Positions 20,393 to 29,486 of a stretch of 64,000 nt of DNA are shown here, one piece after another. The stretch lies in assembly GCA_964252075.1 (NCBI GenBank), contig CAXULY010000010.1, positions 32,001-96,000 on the forward strand, in the 5' to 3' direction. Source of the DNA: an uncultured Deinococcaceae bacterium. GTDB lineage: Bacteria > Deinococcota > Deinococci > Deinococcales > Deinococcaceae. The translations under genes and the position numbers were made by a program. The first letter of the stretch is position 1. Every line of letters starts with the position of its first letter. The notes below the pieces were generated by a model. The model saw only the letters and a program-made list of their open reading frames with translations, searched no databases and was not told where the DNA came from.

Positions 20393-20443
20393 AAAAAACC
20401 GCCCCGGCTAGCGGGCCGGGGCAAAGGGGTACTACCGATGAAC
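20393..20443 (-). ncRNA. putative antisense RNA to the antirepressor RBS
   Basis: Minus-strand TGcTACAAT (20450-20458); GC hairpin 20401-20422 plus T6. Confidence 0.5.
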
Positions 20444-21085
20444 ACCGACATTGTAGCAGTTCAGCACCACGGAGAGGCGCGCGTGAACACGCGGGACCTC
20501 GCCGCGCGCATGGGGAACAAGCACGCGAACGTGCTGGCCCTCGTGCGCGACTACCAGGACGATTTTGCAGGGTTCGGACAGGTCACGTTTGAAACGGAGA
20601 CTGTCCGGAACAGCGTTGGGGCCGCGAATCAGACGACCTTCGTCCTCCTGAACGAGAACCAGTGCTACTTCCTGCTAACCCTCGTTCGCAACAGCGAACA
20701 GACCGTCCCCATGAAGGCGGAACTCGTGCGCGCGTTCGACACCGCCCGCGCCACCCTCGCCCCCATCCCCGCGCCCTCCCCCCTCGCGCTCAGCCGCGCG
20801 ATGCTGGAGGCCCTCGAACAGCAGGATGCCCGCGTGACCGCGCTGGAGCACCGGATGGACAGCGCGCCCATTCAGGGCGAGCGCATCGGCACGCTCCACA
20901 AGCTCTGCCAGGAACTCGGGCAGGCGATGGGCGATTACCGCCGCGCATACCGCCTCCTCTATGACCGCTTCAACCTCGCCAGCTACCGCGACTGCCCGAA
21001 CAACCGCTATGAGGACGCCGTGCGGTTCGTGCGCGTCCAGATCGCCGCCTACACCGGGACGCCACTGCTGGAAGTGACCGCCTAA
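20438..21085 (+). CDS. Rha-family antirepressor/regulator
   Basis: RDLA....KHANVL, LLNENQCYFLLT..RN, KAELVRAF. Confidence 0.88.
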   Translation: MNTDIVAVQHHGEARVNTRDLAARMGNKHANVLALVRDYQDDFAGFGQVTFETETVRNSVGAANQTTFVLLNENQCYFLLTLVRNSEQTVPMKAELVRAFDTARATLAPIPAPSPLALSRAMLEALEQQDARVTALEHRMDSAPIQGERIGTLHKLCQELGQAMGDYRRAYRLLYDRFNLASYRDCPNNRYEDAVRFVRVQIAAYTGTPLLEVTA

Positions 21086-21464
21086 TGTGCGTCTTCCGCC
21101 GCCGTCACACGCCCGGCTTCATCGCCAGCCGTGACGCCCACATCAAGACGGTCATGCAGCGCGAGCTGATCCAGAGCGCCATCACCAGCGTCGGCAAGCG
21201 CTCATGGATGCGCCGATGACCCGGCGCACCGCCCCCCTCCCGCGCGTCGTGAGCGTCGAGTGGGTGGACCCCATCAACGGACCCACCCACGCCGCCCGCA
21301 ACCTGCTCGCGCTCGTCCCCGTGATCCCCGCCCAACTGAGCGTCACGAAGGCCGCTGCTCCCTCCCCCACAGCAGCAGCGGCCCCGCTTACGGCTTCCTC
21401 GCGCACGACGCGCGTGTAAAGCAAACCCGCCGCGTCTGATCACGCGGCGGGTTCAAGGAGTCTC

Positions 21465-21806
21465 ATGTCCCAAACGAAGTCTACACGCAGTCAGCCCTTG
21501 AACGTGAGTGTCCGGTCCGCCTCCAGTAAGCCTGAAGCGGTTCACGTGATGAACCCAGTCACGCCCAGCATCGCGGACCTCAAGGCAGAACTGTATGCGC
21601 ACGTGACCGGCACCGCGAAAGGCCCCATGAGCGCGGACCTCGTGGTCCTCCTCTACCCCGCGCTCCTCACCGGACAGACGAACCACGCGCTGGACCTCGC
21701 CGCCGCCATCCAGACCGAAGCAGACCGCCACAACCGCACCATCCGCGCGCGGCAGCAGGTGGAGCGCGCCGCCATCGCACAGCGTCAGAAGTGGGGCCTG
21801 AAGTGA
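21465..21806 (+). CDS. phage hypothetical protein
   Basis: AAGGAG RBS; chained with the downstream ORF. Confidence 0.6.
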   Translation: MSQTKSTRSQPLNVSVRSASSKPEAVHVMNPVTPSIADLKAELYAHVTGTAKGPMSADLVVLLYPALLTGQTNHALDLAAAIQTEADRHNRTIRARQQVERAAIAQRQKWGLK

Positions 21807-22003
21807 TCCGCTTCCGGATGCCCGAGCGCCGCAAAGATCCCCAGGCCCGCGTGGAGTTCGCAAAGCAGGAGAGCGAACGCGCGTACAGCGCGTGGTGCTT
21901 CAACCCGACCGACGAGAACCGCGCCGCCTGGAAGGTCGCGCAGGGGAAGTACATGGCTGCCCAGCAGGACGCGGAGCCCCTCATGCTCGGCGGTGTCGCG
22001 TGA
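21803..22003 (+). CDS. phage hypothetical protein
   Basis: GTGA overlaps at both ends. Confidence 0.55.
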   Translation: MIRFRMPERRKDPQARVEFAKQESERAYSAWCFNPTDENRAAWKVAQGKYMAAQQDAEPLMLGGVA

Positions 22004-22097
22004 TTTGGCTCGTGATCGCCCCCGTTCTGATCGTCGCCGCAGTCGTGCTCGCCGCGCCCATGCGTTCCAGTCAGCTCAGCCGGATTGAGGAACAGCA

Positions 22098-22295
22098 GTG
22101 AGCGCCCGCAACGTGCGCACCGCGCTGTTCCTCGCCCTTTGGGTCGCCGTGGTCGCCGCGTTCGTCACGGCCTGCTGGAGCGCCACCACCCACACGCCCT
22201 ACCTCGCGCACCCGCAACCCTGGGTGGCGCTCACCCTCGGCGTCCTGCTCGTCAGCGCGGACGCGTACGCCAAGCACCTCCGGAGGACCAAGTGA
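22098..22295 (+). CDS. small 2-TM phage protein
   Basis: Two hydrophobic segments; GAGG RBS. Confidence 0.55.
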   Translation: MSARNVRTALFLALWVAVVAAFVTACWSATTHTPYLAHPQPWVALTLGVLLVSADAYAKHLRRTK

Positions 22296-23320
22296 CCGCC
22301 CTCGCGCAACGCACCGACGCCGCCATCATGGAGCGCGTCGTCATCGCTGGCGACCTCGCCCAGCTCACCCCCGATGAACGCGTCACCTACTACATGAAGG
22401 TGTGCGAGAGCGTCGGCCTCAACCCGCTCACCAAGCCCTTTGAGTACATCAAACTCAACGGCAAGCTCACGCTCTACGCCCTCAAGACCACCACCGACCA
22501 ACTCCGCCAGATTCACAGCGTCAGCATCACCCGCACCGACAAGGAACTGAGCGAAGGCGTGTATCTCGTCACCGCCCACGCCCGCACGGCGGACGGACGC
22601 GAGGACAGCGACGTGGGCGCCGTGAACATCAAGGGCCTGACCGGCGAGAACCTCGCCAACGCCATGATGAAGGCCCTCACGAAAGCCAAGCGGCGCGTCA
22701 CGCTCAGCATCTGCGGCCTCGGCTGGCTGGATGAATCCGAAGTGGACAGCGTACCCAACGCGCAGGCCGTGCAGGTGGACGTGAACACCGGACGGCTGCC
22801 CGCCGAGCTGCAGGACCGCCGCCGCGACGTGACCGCCGAGGTCGCGCGCGAGGCAGGCGTGACATCCGCCCGTGTCCAACAGGAACCAGCGGACCGCCTG
22901 CGGGCCAACATCAAGCAGCTGTGGGCGGAGGCCAAAAAGAAGGGCCTCGATGCCCAACTGGAGCCGTTCGCCGCGAAATTCCCAAACTGGCGCACGAACG
23001 ACGCGGAAGCGCACGAACTGCGCCTGCAGCTGATCTTCATCATTGAGAACATCCCGGAAGCCGCCGAAGCGACCGAACTCATCACGGACGCGCAGCGCGG
23101 GCAGCTCATGGGTCACATGACGCGCGTCGGCCTCGGCGGCAAAGACGACAGCGACAAACGCGCCCGCTTCTACAACTGGTTCGGCGGCGTCACCGTCCCC
23201 CAAGTCAAGCACACCAACGAACTCACCCTCGAAGAAGCCGAAGCCCTCATCAGCATGCTCAGCACCGTGGACGCCCACGAAGCCGCCACCCTCCTCGCGG
23301 AATTCGAGGCGAACAGATGA
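22292..23320 (+). CDS. single-strand annealing recombinase (Bet/RecT-like)
   Basis: C...GLNPLTKP and MMKALTKAKRR...GL.WLDESE patterns; position in early operon. Confidence 0.7.
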   Translation: MTALAQRTDAAIMERVVIAGDLAQLTPDERVTYYMKVCESVGLNPLTKPFEYIKLNGKLTLYALKTTTDQLRQIHSVSITRTDKELSEGVYLVTAHARTADGREDSDVGAVNIKGLTGENLANAMMKALTKAKRRVTLSICGLGWLDESEVDSVPNAQAVQVDVNTGRLPAELQDRRRDVTAEVAREAGVTSARVQQEPADRLRANIKQLWAEAKKKGLDAQLEPFAAKFPNWRTNDAEAHELRLQLIFIIENIPEAAEATELITDAQRGQLMGHMTRVGLGGKDDSDKRARFYNWFGGVTVPQVKHTNELTLEEAEALISMLSTVDAHEAATLLAEFEANR

Positions 23321-25122
23321 GCGGCGTGAACCCCGAAGGCATCCCCGCCGAACTCCGCAACGTCCCCCAATGGGGCCTCTGGCGCTACGAGACGGACGCC
23401 AGCGGACGCAAGACGAAAATCCCCTACCAGCCCCGCCAGCCGCGCCGCAAGGCCGCCAGCACCCGCGTGCACGAATGGGCGCCCTTCGACACCGCCCTCG
23501 CCGCGCTGCGCGCCGGTCACGGGGACGGCATCGGCTTCAACTTCACCGGCACGCCCTACGCCGGACTCGACACGGACCACAAGGGGCACGCGGACCTCCC
23601 CGCGGACGTGGCCGCCCTCATCCGCACCAGCGGCAGCTACGCGGAGCGCACGCCCAGCGGGCAGGGCGAGCACATCATCGTGCGCGGCAGCACCCCGAAA
23701 GGCTTCCGCCTCCCGATGGACCACGGCGAGCTGGAGGTGTACTGCGAGGGTCGCTTCTTCACCTTCACCGGTGACGCCCTCACGGACCCTACCATCGCGG
23801 ACGGGCAGGCGCTCCTCGATGCGCTGTACGCCACGTGGCAGGCCCGTCAGGGCGTCCGCGCCCCCAGCGCCCCCCTCGCACCCAGCGCCGCGCCGGAGAC
23901 AGACAGCGACCTGTGGGAACTGATGTTCCGCAGCAAAGCCGGGCCCGCCATCCGCAACCTCTACTACGGCGATCTCGGCGCGCACGCCGACCACAGCCGC
24001 GCGGACCTTGCGATGCTCGGCCACCTGCGCTTCTGGACGAACGGCGACGAAGCCCGCATGGACCGCATGTTCCGCCAGACGCACCTCCTGCGCGCCAAAT
24101 GGGACGAACTGCGCGGACCCCTCACGTACGGGCAGCGCAGCATCCAGACCGCCATGAGCGGCTGGGATGGACGCGGGTACACCACGAAACCCGCCACGCC
24201 CTGTACCACCGCCGCCACCACGGACCTCCTGCAGGAAGCGCAGCGGAACTACAGCACGCACGGCCCGGAACTCCTGGAGCGCAGTGTGAACGTCCTCACG
24301 CGCGCCGTGGGGCACCACGCCACGAAGAGCAGCCACACCCTCATCCTCACCACCCTGCACGGCCTGCTTGACACGAACCTGTGCCTCGTGGACGGCCACC
24401 CCGCCCTGCGCTTCGGGGGCCTCACCGGCCTGATGGAAGCCGCGAACCGCAACGGTCGCCTCTCCGACCTCGGCGCGCAACTCCGCGCCCTCCACCACCA
24501 CGGCCTCATCGGGGAGGTCCGTCACCTCAACCCGAACGACCCGAAGAGCGAAGTGTACATCCGCCTCCCACTGAACCCCTCCGACCTCGGCGGTTGGTCC
24601 TTTCGGGGCACCCTGATTCTCCGCCCCACCACGTGGAAGCCCGTCAAGGCGCCGAAAAACGCTCCATCTACACCATATAAGGACTGTGCAAAGAACAATG
24701 GTGTAGATGAAAGCCCGCTGCGCCTCCGGGCGGCGCACCTCACCGCCTACTGGATGACGCGCGGCGTCACCGATGAGGCGACCCTCGCCGCCCGCACGGG
24801 GCACGCCATCTACACCATTCGCCGTCACCTCGCCGCGCTCGCTGCGCACGGCCTGACGGGTGTGTTCACCCTCCAGCAGTACCGGGAGACGCGCCGCCTC
24901 GCGTTCGAGTGCAGCGCCGACTACCGCGAGATGCGCGTCACGCGCCTCACCCGCAGCGCCGCGCACGCGGAGTTCATGGCGCGCGCCTCCCGCCTCCTGC
25001 GCCGCCCGACCGAACAGCGCACGTGGGAGCGTCGCCGCCGCCTCAGTCTGGAGCGCATCACGCGCATCCAGGACGGCGAGAGCCTCGCGGTGGTGTTCGG
25101 CCTCACGAAGGTGGCGGCGTGA
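23317..25122 (+). CDS. NrS-1-like primase-polymerase with helix-bundle domain and C-terminal wHTH-like region
   Basis: QWGLW, KIPY, DGIGF, GLDTDH, YAERTPSGQGEHI, EVY..GRFFTFTG; D.SRAD...L.FW...RMFRQ...R.KWD...TYG. Confidence 0.85.
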   Translation: MSGVNPEGIPAELRNVPQWGLWRYETDASGRKTKIPYQPRQPRRKAASTRVHEWAPFDTALAALRAGHGDGIGFNFTGTPYAGLDTDHKGHADLPADVAALIRTSGSYAERTPSGQGEHIIVRGSTPKGFRLPMDHGELEVYCEGRFFTFTGDALTDPTIADGQALLDALYATWQARQGVRAPSAPLAPSAAPETDSDLWELMFRSKAGPAIRNLYYGDLGAHADHSRADLAMLGHLRFWTNGDEARMDRMFRQTHLLRAKWDELRGPLTYGQRSIQTAMSGWDGRGYTTKPATPCTTAATTDLLQEAQRNYSTHGPELLERSVNVLTRAVGHHATKSSHTLILTTLHGLLDTNLCLVDGHPALRFGGLTGLMEAANRNGRLSDLGAQLRALHHHGLIGEVRHLNPNDPKSEVYIRLPLNPSDLGGWSFRGTLILRPTTWKPVKAPKNAPSTPYKDCAKNNGVDESPLRLRAAHLTAYWMTRGVTDEATLAARTGHAIYTIRRHLAALAAHGLTGVFTLQQYRETRRLAFECSADYREMRVTRLTRSAAHAEFMARASRLLRRPTEQRTWERRRRLSLERITRIQDGESLAVVFGLTKVAA

Positions 25123-25457
25123 TGGGCCGCAGCCTCTACAACGGCGGGTGGCGGGGCAGCAGCGTCACGCTCCTCATCGCGCACGCGCAGGAGGTGCTGC
25201 GGCCCCAGACGGACCTCAACCCGCTCATCGGGTGGGAGGCGCGGCACCTCGCGCAGGTGGTCGTGCAGTACGCGCAGACCGGCGAGGTGGAACTCATCGA
25301 GTCCGCCCGCGCGTTCCGGGACGCCATGCAGGCCGTGTGGAACATCGCGCATAAGCCCGCGCCGGACAAACCCACGAACGGCAGCGCGCGCGACCGCCTG
25401 AAGTACACGCGCAGCGCCCGCGCGAAACGCGCCCAGGAGGCCCAGCATGCTTCGTGA
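25122..25457 (+). CDS. phage hypothetical protein
   Basis: TGATG coupling; GC3-biased codons. Confidence 0.6.
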   Translation: MGRSLYNGGWRGSSVTLLIAHAQEVLRPQTDLNPLIGWEARHLAQVVVQYAQTGEVELIESARAFRDAMQAVWNIAHKPAPDKPTNGSARDRLKYTRSARAKRAQEAQHAS

Positions 25458-26952
25458 CTACCAGCTGCGCGCCATTGAGCGCGTGCGGGACGCGTACCGC
25501 GCGGGGCACCGCAGCGTCCTGCTCTCCATGCCGGTCGGCACTGGCAAGACCCGCACCGCCGCGGACATCGTGCGGGGCGCCGTCGCGAAAGGCACGCAGA
25601 CCCTGTGGCTCGCGCACCGCCGCGAGCTGGTGGAGCAGGCCAGCGACGTGTTCACCGAGCACGGCCTCACGCACGGCCTCGTGTGGCCCGGCGAGAAGCC
25701 CAGCGAGAACGAACTGCTTCTCGTGGGGACCGTGCAGACGTTTGGCGCGCGTCTCGGGCGCGGCACCTTCAACCCGAAGCACGTGCGCCTCATCGTGGCG
25801 GACGAAGCGCACCACGCGAGCTCCCGCACGTGGGCGGCGCTCCTCGCGGCGTACCCGAACGCCCGCGTGCTCGGCCTGAGTGCCACGCCCACCCGCACGG
25901 ACGGGCGCGGCCTCGGTCGGGTGTTTGAGCACCTCGTCACGGCCATCACGACGCGCGAGGCGATTGAGCAGGGGTACCTCGTGCGCCCCCGGTACTTCGC
26001 GCCCAGCACGCCGGACCTCAGCCGCGTGAAGACCGTCGCCGGGGATTACGACGAGGGGGAACTCGAAGCGCTCCTGAACACCCCAGAGATGGTGGGGGAC
26101 GTGGTGGAGCACTACGCTCGGCACGCCGCGGACCGCCAGGGCCTGGTGTTCGCCAGCGGCGTGCACCACAGCAAGGCCCTGAGCCTCGCGTTCATGGAGG
26201 CGGGCTTCAGCGCCGCGCACCTCGATGGGCAGACGCCCGTGGATGAGCGCCGGGACATCCTCGCGAGTTACCGGAGGGGCGAGACGCAGGTGATCTGCAA
26301 CGTCGGCGTGATGACGGAAGGCACGGACCTGCCCAGCACGGGCGCCGTGGTGCTCGTGCGGCCCACGCAGAGCCCCATCTACCACATCCAGACCATCGGG
26401 CGCGGCCTGCGCCTCGCGGACGGCAAGCGGGACGCCATCATCCTGGATCACAGCGCGAACGTCCTCTCCCTCGGCCCCGTGGAGGGCCCGGCGTACGAGC
26501 AGTGGCGCCTGGACTGGGGCACCGCGAAGGACCGCGCGCCGCTGTCCCGCCCGAAGAAGGACACGAAGCAGCTGGTGTGCGAGGCGTGCGACGCGCTGTT
26601 CAGCAGCAGCCGCGTCTGCCCGGAGTGCGGGCACGTGCATCAGTTCGAGACGATTCCTGAGGACGTGCTGATGGCGCGCGGTGACCTCCGAGAGATTGGC
26701 GTGCAGGAGGCGACGGAGGAGCAGGGCCGCCGCGAGCGGTGGTACGGCGAGCTGCTGGGCTTCGCGCTGAACAAGGGGTACAGGCCGGGGTACGCGTACA
26801 AGATGTGGCGCCTGAAGTTCCCCACGGGGAAGGCGCCGAACGTGGAGGCGCGCCCGCCGAGCCCGGAGGTGCTGGCATTCATCCGGACGGAGAACATGCG
26901 CTGGCGGTTGGAGCAGCGCGCGCAGGAGGTGCGGCATGCGACAGCGGATTGA
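25447..26952 (+). CDS. SF2 DEAH helicase with zinc ribbon
   Basis: LRDYQ, PVGTGKT, DEAHH, SAT, QTIGRGLR, CxxC...CPECG. Confidence 0.93.
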   Translation: MLRDYQLRAIERVRDAYRAGHRSVLLSMPVGTGKTRTAADIVRGAVAKGTQTLWLAHRRELVEQASDVFTEHGLTHGLVWPGEKPSENELLLVGTVQTFGARLGRGTFNPKHVRLIVADEAHHASSRTWAALLAAYPNARVLGLSATPTRTDGRGLGRVFEHLVTAITTREAIEQGYLVRPRYFAPSTPDLSRVKTVAGDYDEGELEALLNTPEMVGDVVEHYARHAADRQGLVFASGVHHSKALSLAFMEAGFSAAHLDGQTPVDERRDILASYRRGETQVICNVGVMTEGTDLPSTGAVVLVRPTQSPIYHIQTIGRGLRLADGKRDAIILDHSANVLSLGPVEGPAYEQWRLDWGTAKDRAPLSRPKKDTKQLVCEACDALFSSSRVCPECGHVHQFETIPEDVLMARGDLREIGVQEATEEQGRRERWYGELLGFALNKGYRPGYAYKMWRLKFPTGKAPNVEARPPSPEVLAFIRTENMRWRLEQRAQEVRHATAD

Positions 26953-27018
26953 GTGGGCGTGGCTCGGCGGGCGGTACGCGGACGGCGACGTGACGGTGGA
27001 AGCCATTGAGGTGCGGGC

Positions 27019-27453
27019 GTGAGTATGGCCGTGCATTACAGCAGCGAGCGCCACGACTGGACGACACCGCGCGACTTCTTCGAGAACCTGCACCGTGAGT
27101 TCCACTTCACGCTGGACGCCGCCGCGAGCCACGAGAACGCCCTGTGCGGGCGGTACTACACCGAAGCGGATGACGGGCTGAGCCAGCACTGGCACGGCGT
27201 CGTGTGGGTGAACCCCCCGTACGGGCGGCAGATCGGCAAGTGGATCCGGAAGGCCGCCGAGGAGAGCCGCAAAGGCGCGACGGTCGTGATGCTCATTCCC
27301 GCCCGCACGGACACCGCCGCATGGCACGAACACATCCTGCACCGTCCGAATGTGGAAACTCGCTTCGTGCGCGGGCGCCTGAAGTTTGGCGCAGCCACCG
27401 AAAACGCACCCTTCCCGTGTGCCGTTGTGGTGTTTCGGCCGGAGCGTTCGTGA
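27019..27453 (+). CDS. phage DNA N6-adenine methyltransferase
   Basis: W.TP, FTLDAAA, WVNPPYG, LIPARTDT, GRLKF. Confidence 0.92.
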   Translation: MSMAVHYSSERHDWTTPRDFFENLHREFHFTLDAAASHENALCGRYYTEADDGLSQHWHGVVWVNPPYGRQIGKWIRKAAEESRKGATVVMLIPARTDTAAWHEHILHRPNVETRFVRGRLKFGAATENAPFPCAVVVFRPERS

Positions 27454-27734
27454 ACGCCGCGCACATTCAGTTCGCCGTGACGCTGGAGGACGAGCGGGAC
27501 GCCGAGGGGCAGGCGTGGTACCGCAGCACGCAGGACCGCATCGCCACCGCCGTGCGGCTGCACGATCAACGCAAGCTCATCAGCAGAAAACTCGCTCCCA
27601 GCGCAAGAAAAATGGTAAAATGCAGGAGTCTCGGCGGTGCTTCCGACACCCCGAGACGCGGAGCCGATTGGGCGGCTCGGGGCCAGTCTAGGTCCCTGGT
27701 TCTGCCACATCAACATCGGCTCATGGGAGCAACC

Positions 27735-28271
27735 ATGAAGCTGAATCGCAAACAGCAGGAAGCCGTGAAGTCCATCGAAGAGTTCTTGGCGACCGCAAGC
27801 GATGAAGTCAAACAAGAGTGGCTGACGTACATCAGGAAGCACCAGCGGGATAAGAAGGAAAGCCGCAACCTCGGTCGGCGCCTTTCCCGCAAGGCCCGCA
27901 AACCGGACAACTACTGCCACTGCTGCCGTTTCAAGCACTGGCCCATCCTGCATGTCCACCACATCAACCCCGTGTCTGAGAACGGGTTTGCCGACGAACA
28001 ACTCATGTGGACGGTCTGCCCCAACTGCCATGCCTACGTCCATGAGTTGCGACGCCTCCGCGGCACATCCAAGTACGCGGAGGTCTTTGACCTGCTGGTT
28101 CGTCTTTACGACGAGCCCACCGTCAAGAACATCGAGCAGCTTGCAAACTTCCAGTCACGACTGGAGCTGCTTGATGAGGGGCAGCGTCGTGAGTTCACCA
28201 GCCAATACACAGAGGAGCATGCCGAGACATATCGCAGGCTCCGGGAGCCTTATGACGATGACCTCGACTGA
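27735..28271 (+). CDS. HNH endonuclease (lower GC)
   Basis: CHCC...LHVHHINP...VCPNCHAYVH; GGAG RBS; in frame with upstream GTG at 27450. Confidence 0.85.
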   Translation: MKLNRKQQEAVKSIEEFLATASDEVKQEWLTYIRKHQRDKKESRNLGRRLSRKARKPDNYCHCCRFKHWPILHVHHINPVSENGFADEQLMWTVCPNCHAYVHELRRLRGTSKYAEVFDLLVRLYDEPTVKNIEQLANFQSRLELLDEGQRREFTSQYTEEHAETYRRLREPYDDDLD

Positions 28272-28818
28272 AGTTCGGCACCTCACGGCCTTGGAACAGC
28301 GCGCGGACAGCCTCGCCGCGAAGATCATGGGCCACGAGCGTGCCGGGAACCTCATTGCTGAGGAGGCGTGGGCGCTCAGCCGCGCCTTCCAAGCGGACCC
28401 CGCCTCAACTAGCGCTAGTTCATTCACCTCCTGGTTCAGCGCCCGCACGGGTGTCCCCACGGGCAGTGTGGACTGGTACGTCCGGCAGGGACAGGCCCTC
28501 AGCGCGGGCGTTACGGCCCCCACGAAGCGCGACCTGCACAGCGCGGGCGAGCTTGTGAATGCGGGCGTGCCGCCCCAGCAGGTGCAGGCCACCGTGGATG
28601 CCGGAGAGGTCCGGTACGCCGCGCAGGCTCAACGGAACGCGGGCACCGTGCAGGTGCCCGTTCCGTTTGACACGCACCGCCGCCTGCGCGCCATCACCGA
28701 AGCCGTGAAGGAGGGACTGGGCAAGTCCCTGCCGGAGACGGCGGCCCTGTGCATCGAATTCACGAGTGAGCACGCGCAGGCATTCGGGGAGTGGCTGAAG
28801 CACCGAGGCGGCGCATGA
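28252..28818 (+). CDS. phage hypothetical protein
   Basis: Operonic ORF. Confidence 0.55.
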   Translation: MTMTSTEVRHLTALEQRADSLAAKIMGHERAGNLIAEEAWALSRAFQADPASTSASSFTSWFSARTGVPTGSVDWYVRQGQALSAGVTAPTKRDLHSAGELVNAGVPPQQVQATVDAGEVRYAAQAQRNAGTVQVPVPFDTHRRLRAITEAVKEGLGKSLPETAALCIEFTSEHAQAFGEWLKHRGGA

Positions 28819-28857
28819 CGGCTCCCCTCGTCACCCGAACGAATGGGGAGGGCTGAC

Positions 28858-29187
28858 GTGCCGATCAAACCGGAGAACCGCGCCCGGTACCCGAAGGACT
28901 GGAAGGCCATCCGCGTCCGCATCCTCACGCGCGCCGGAAACCGCTGCGAGGGCAGCCCGCGCTACCCGGACTGCCGCGCCGAGAACGGACAGGCCCACCC
29001 GGTCACGGGCAGCCGCGTGGTGCTGACCATCGCGCACCTCGACCACACGCCGGAGCACAACGACCCGAGCAACCTCCGCGCGTGGTGCAACAGGTGCCAC
29101 CTGACGTATGACGCACAACTCCATGCGAGGAACGCCGCCGAGACGCGCCGCGCTCTCCTCGCCACCCGAACGGAAGGACACGCATGA
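28858..29187 (+). CDS. small HNH-family protein
   Basis: RYPKDW..IR...RAGNRCE, VLTIAHLDH, NLRAWCNRCH. Confidence 0.85.
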   Translation: MPIKPENRARYPKDWKAIRVRILTRAGNRCEGSPRYPDCRAENGQAHPVTGSRVVLTIAHLDHTPEHNDPSNLRAWCNRCHLTYDAQLHARNAAETRRALLATRTEGHA

Positions 29188-29486
29188 CGACCATCGCTGA
29201 GCAAGCCAAGCGCCTCCTGACCGACCCGCGCCTGCACGCCCTCGTGGATGCCCAGACGGCGCGCGGACTGGAGAAGTACGGGCACACCCTCGATGACTAC
29301 GACGCGCCGCAGGAAGTCCGACTGGCGCACCTCACGCAAGACCTACTGGACGCCACGCAGTACGCGCTGTGGTGTGGGGAGCGGACCATCGCCGCGCTCG
29401 GCGCCCGGATGCTGGACCACCTCATGCGGGCCTTCCCCGAGTTGGACATTGAGGCGCTCTTGTACCGCGAGGCGGGGGACGTATGA
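29184..29486 (+). CDS. MazG-like/all-alpha NTP pyrophosphatase-like protein
   Basis: GLEKYGHTL...HL.QDLLDATQY pattern; acidic residues partly degenerate. Confidence 0.45.
   Translation: MTTIAEQAKRLLTDPRLHALVDAQTARGLEKYGHTLDDYDAPQEVRLAHLTQDLLDATQYALWCGERTIAALGARMLDHLMRAFPELDIEALLYREAGDV

Noticed and set aside
27628..28271. IscB/HEARO (OMEGA) element
   Set aside because: Protein is only ~178 aa with HNH alone; no PLMP or RuvC motifs
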